This document shows, in pieces, positions 63,900 through 64,000 of a stretch of DNA of 64,000 nucleotides. The notes beneath the pieces were generated by a model. The model saw nothing but the letters and a program-made list of their open reading frames with translations, did no database searches and was not told where the DNA came from. Position 1 is the stretch's first letter. Every line of letters begins with the position of its first letter. Source of the stretch: Vicugna vicugna (Eukaryota); assembly GCA_013265495.1 (NCBI GenBank), contig MU057744.1, forward strand, positions 3,113,370-3,177,369. The letters are read 5' to 3'. A program made the translations under genes and the position numbers.

Positions 63900-63982
63900 A
63901 ACAAAAGATATATTCTTCCAGGATCCTCCATGCTTGGACCATATTAAACTTTAATAAATATTTGTGAAATGAATGATGAATA
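63900..63982 (+). mobile_element. L2 3' terminus
   Basis: 'aataaatatttgtgaaatgaatgatgaat'. Confidence 0.5.
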
Positions 63983-64000
63983 ATTCAAATGCGTTTTACT

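Overview
Mammalian nuclear DNA, most likely camelid (alpaca/camel/llama), judged from two tRNA-Ala(AGC)-derived Vic-1-type SINEs and cetartiodactyl-type L1 and ERV1 LTR sequences. The window is almost entirely non-coding and reads like part of a large intron or intergenic region; no intact protein-coding gene could be identified, and the long ORFs in the track are L1 remnants, simple-repeat artefacts or chance ORFs. The main object is a full-length but dead ~7.36 kb LINE-1 (28308-35667, +) with a ~1.9 kb 5'UTR, broken ORF1/ORF2 and a ~410 bp inter-ORF spacer. Around it are truncated L1s, solo LTRs, MIR/L2 and hAT fossils, several nested insertions, simple repeats and a 253-nt assembly gap inside an 18-bp minisatellite. 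I cannot establish a new biological system. The best leads, all hypotheses, are: both SINEs seem to carry extra non-SINE sequence between tail and target-site duplication; an orphan C/D-box snoRNA-like motif set at 25613-25746; two isolated + strand exon candidates ending in ATG-initiated frames; and an E-box/GC-box cluster inside an old L1. Repeat family names come from recalled consensus sequences, not a database search, and boundaries of old repeats are approximate.
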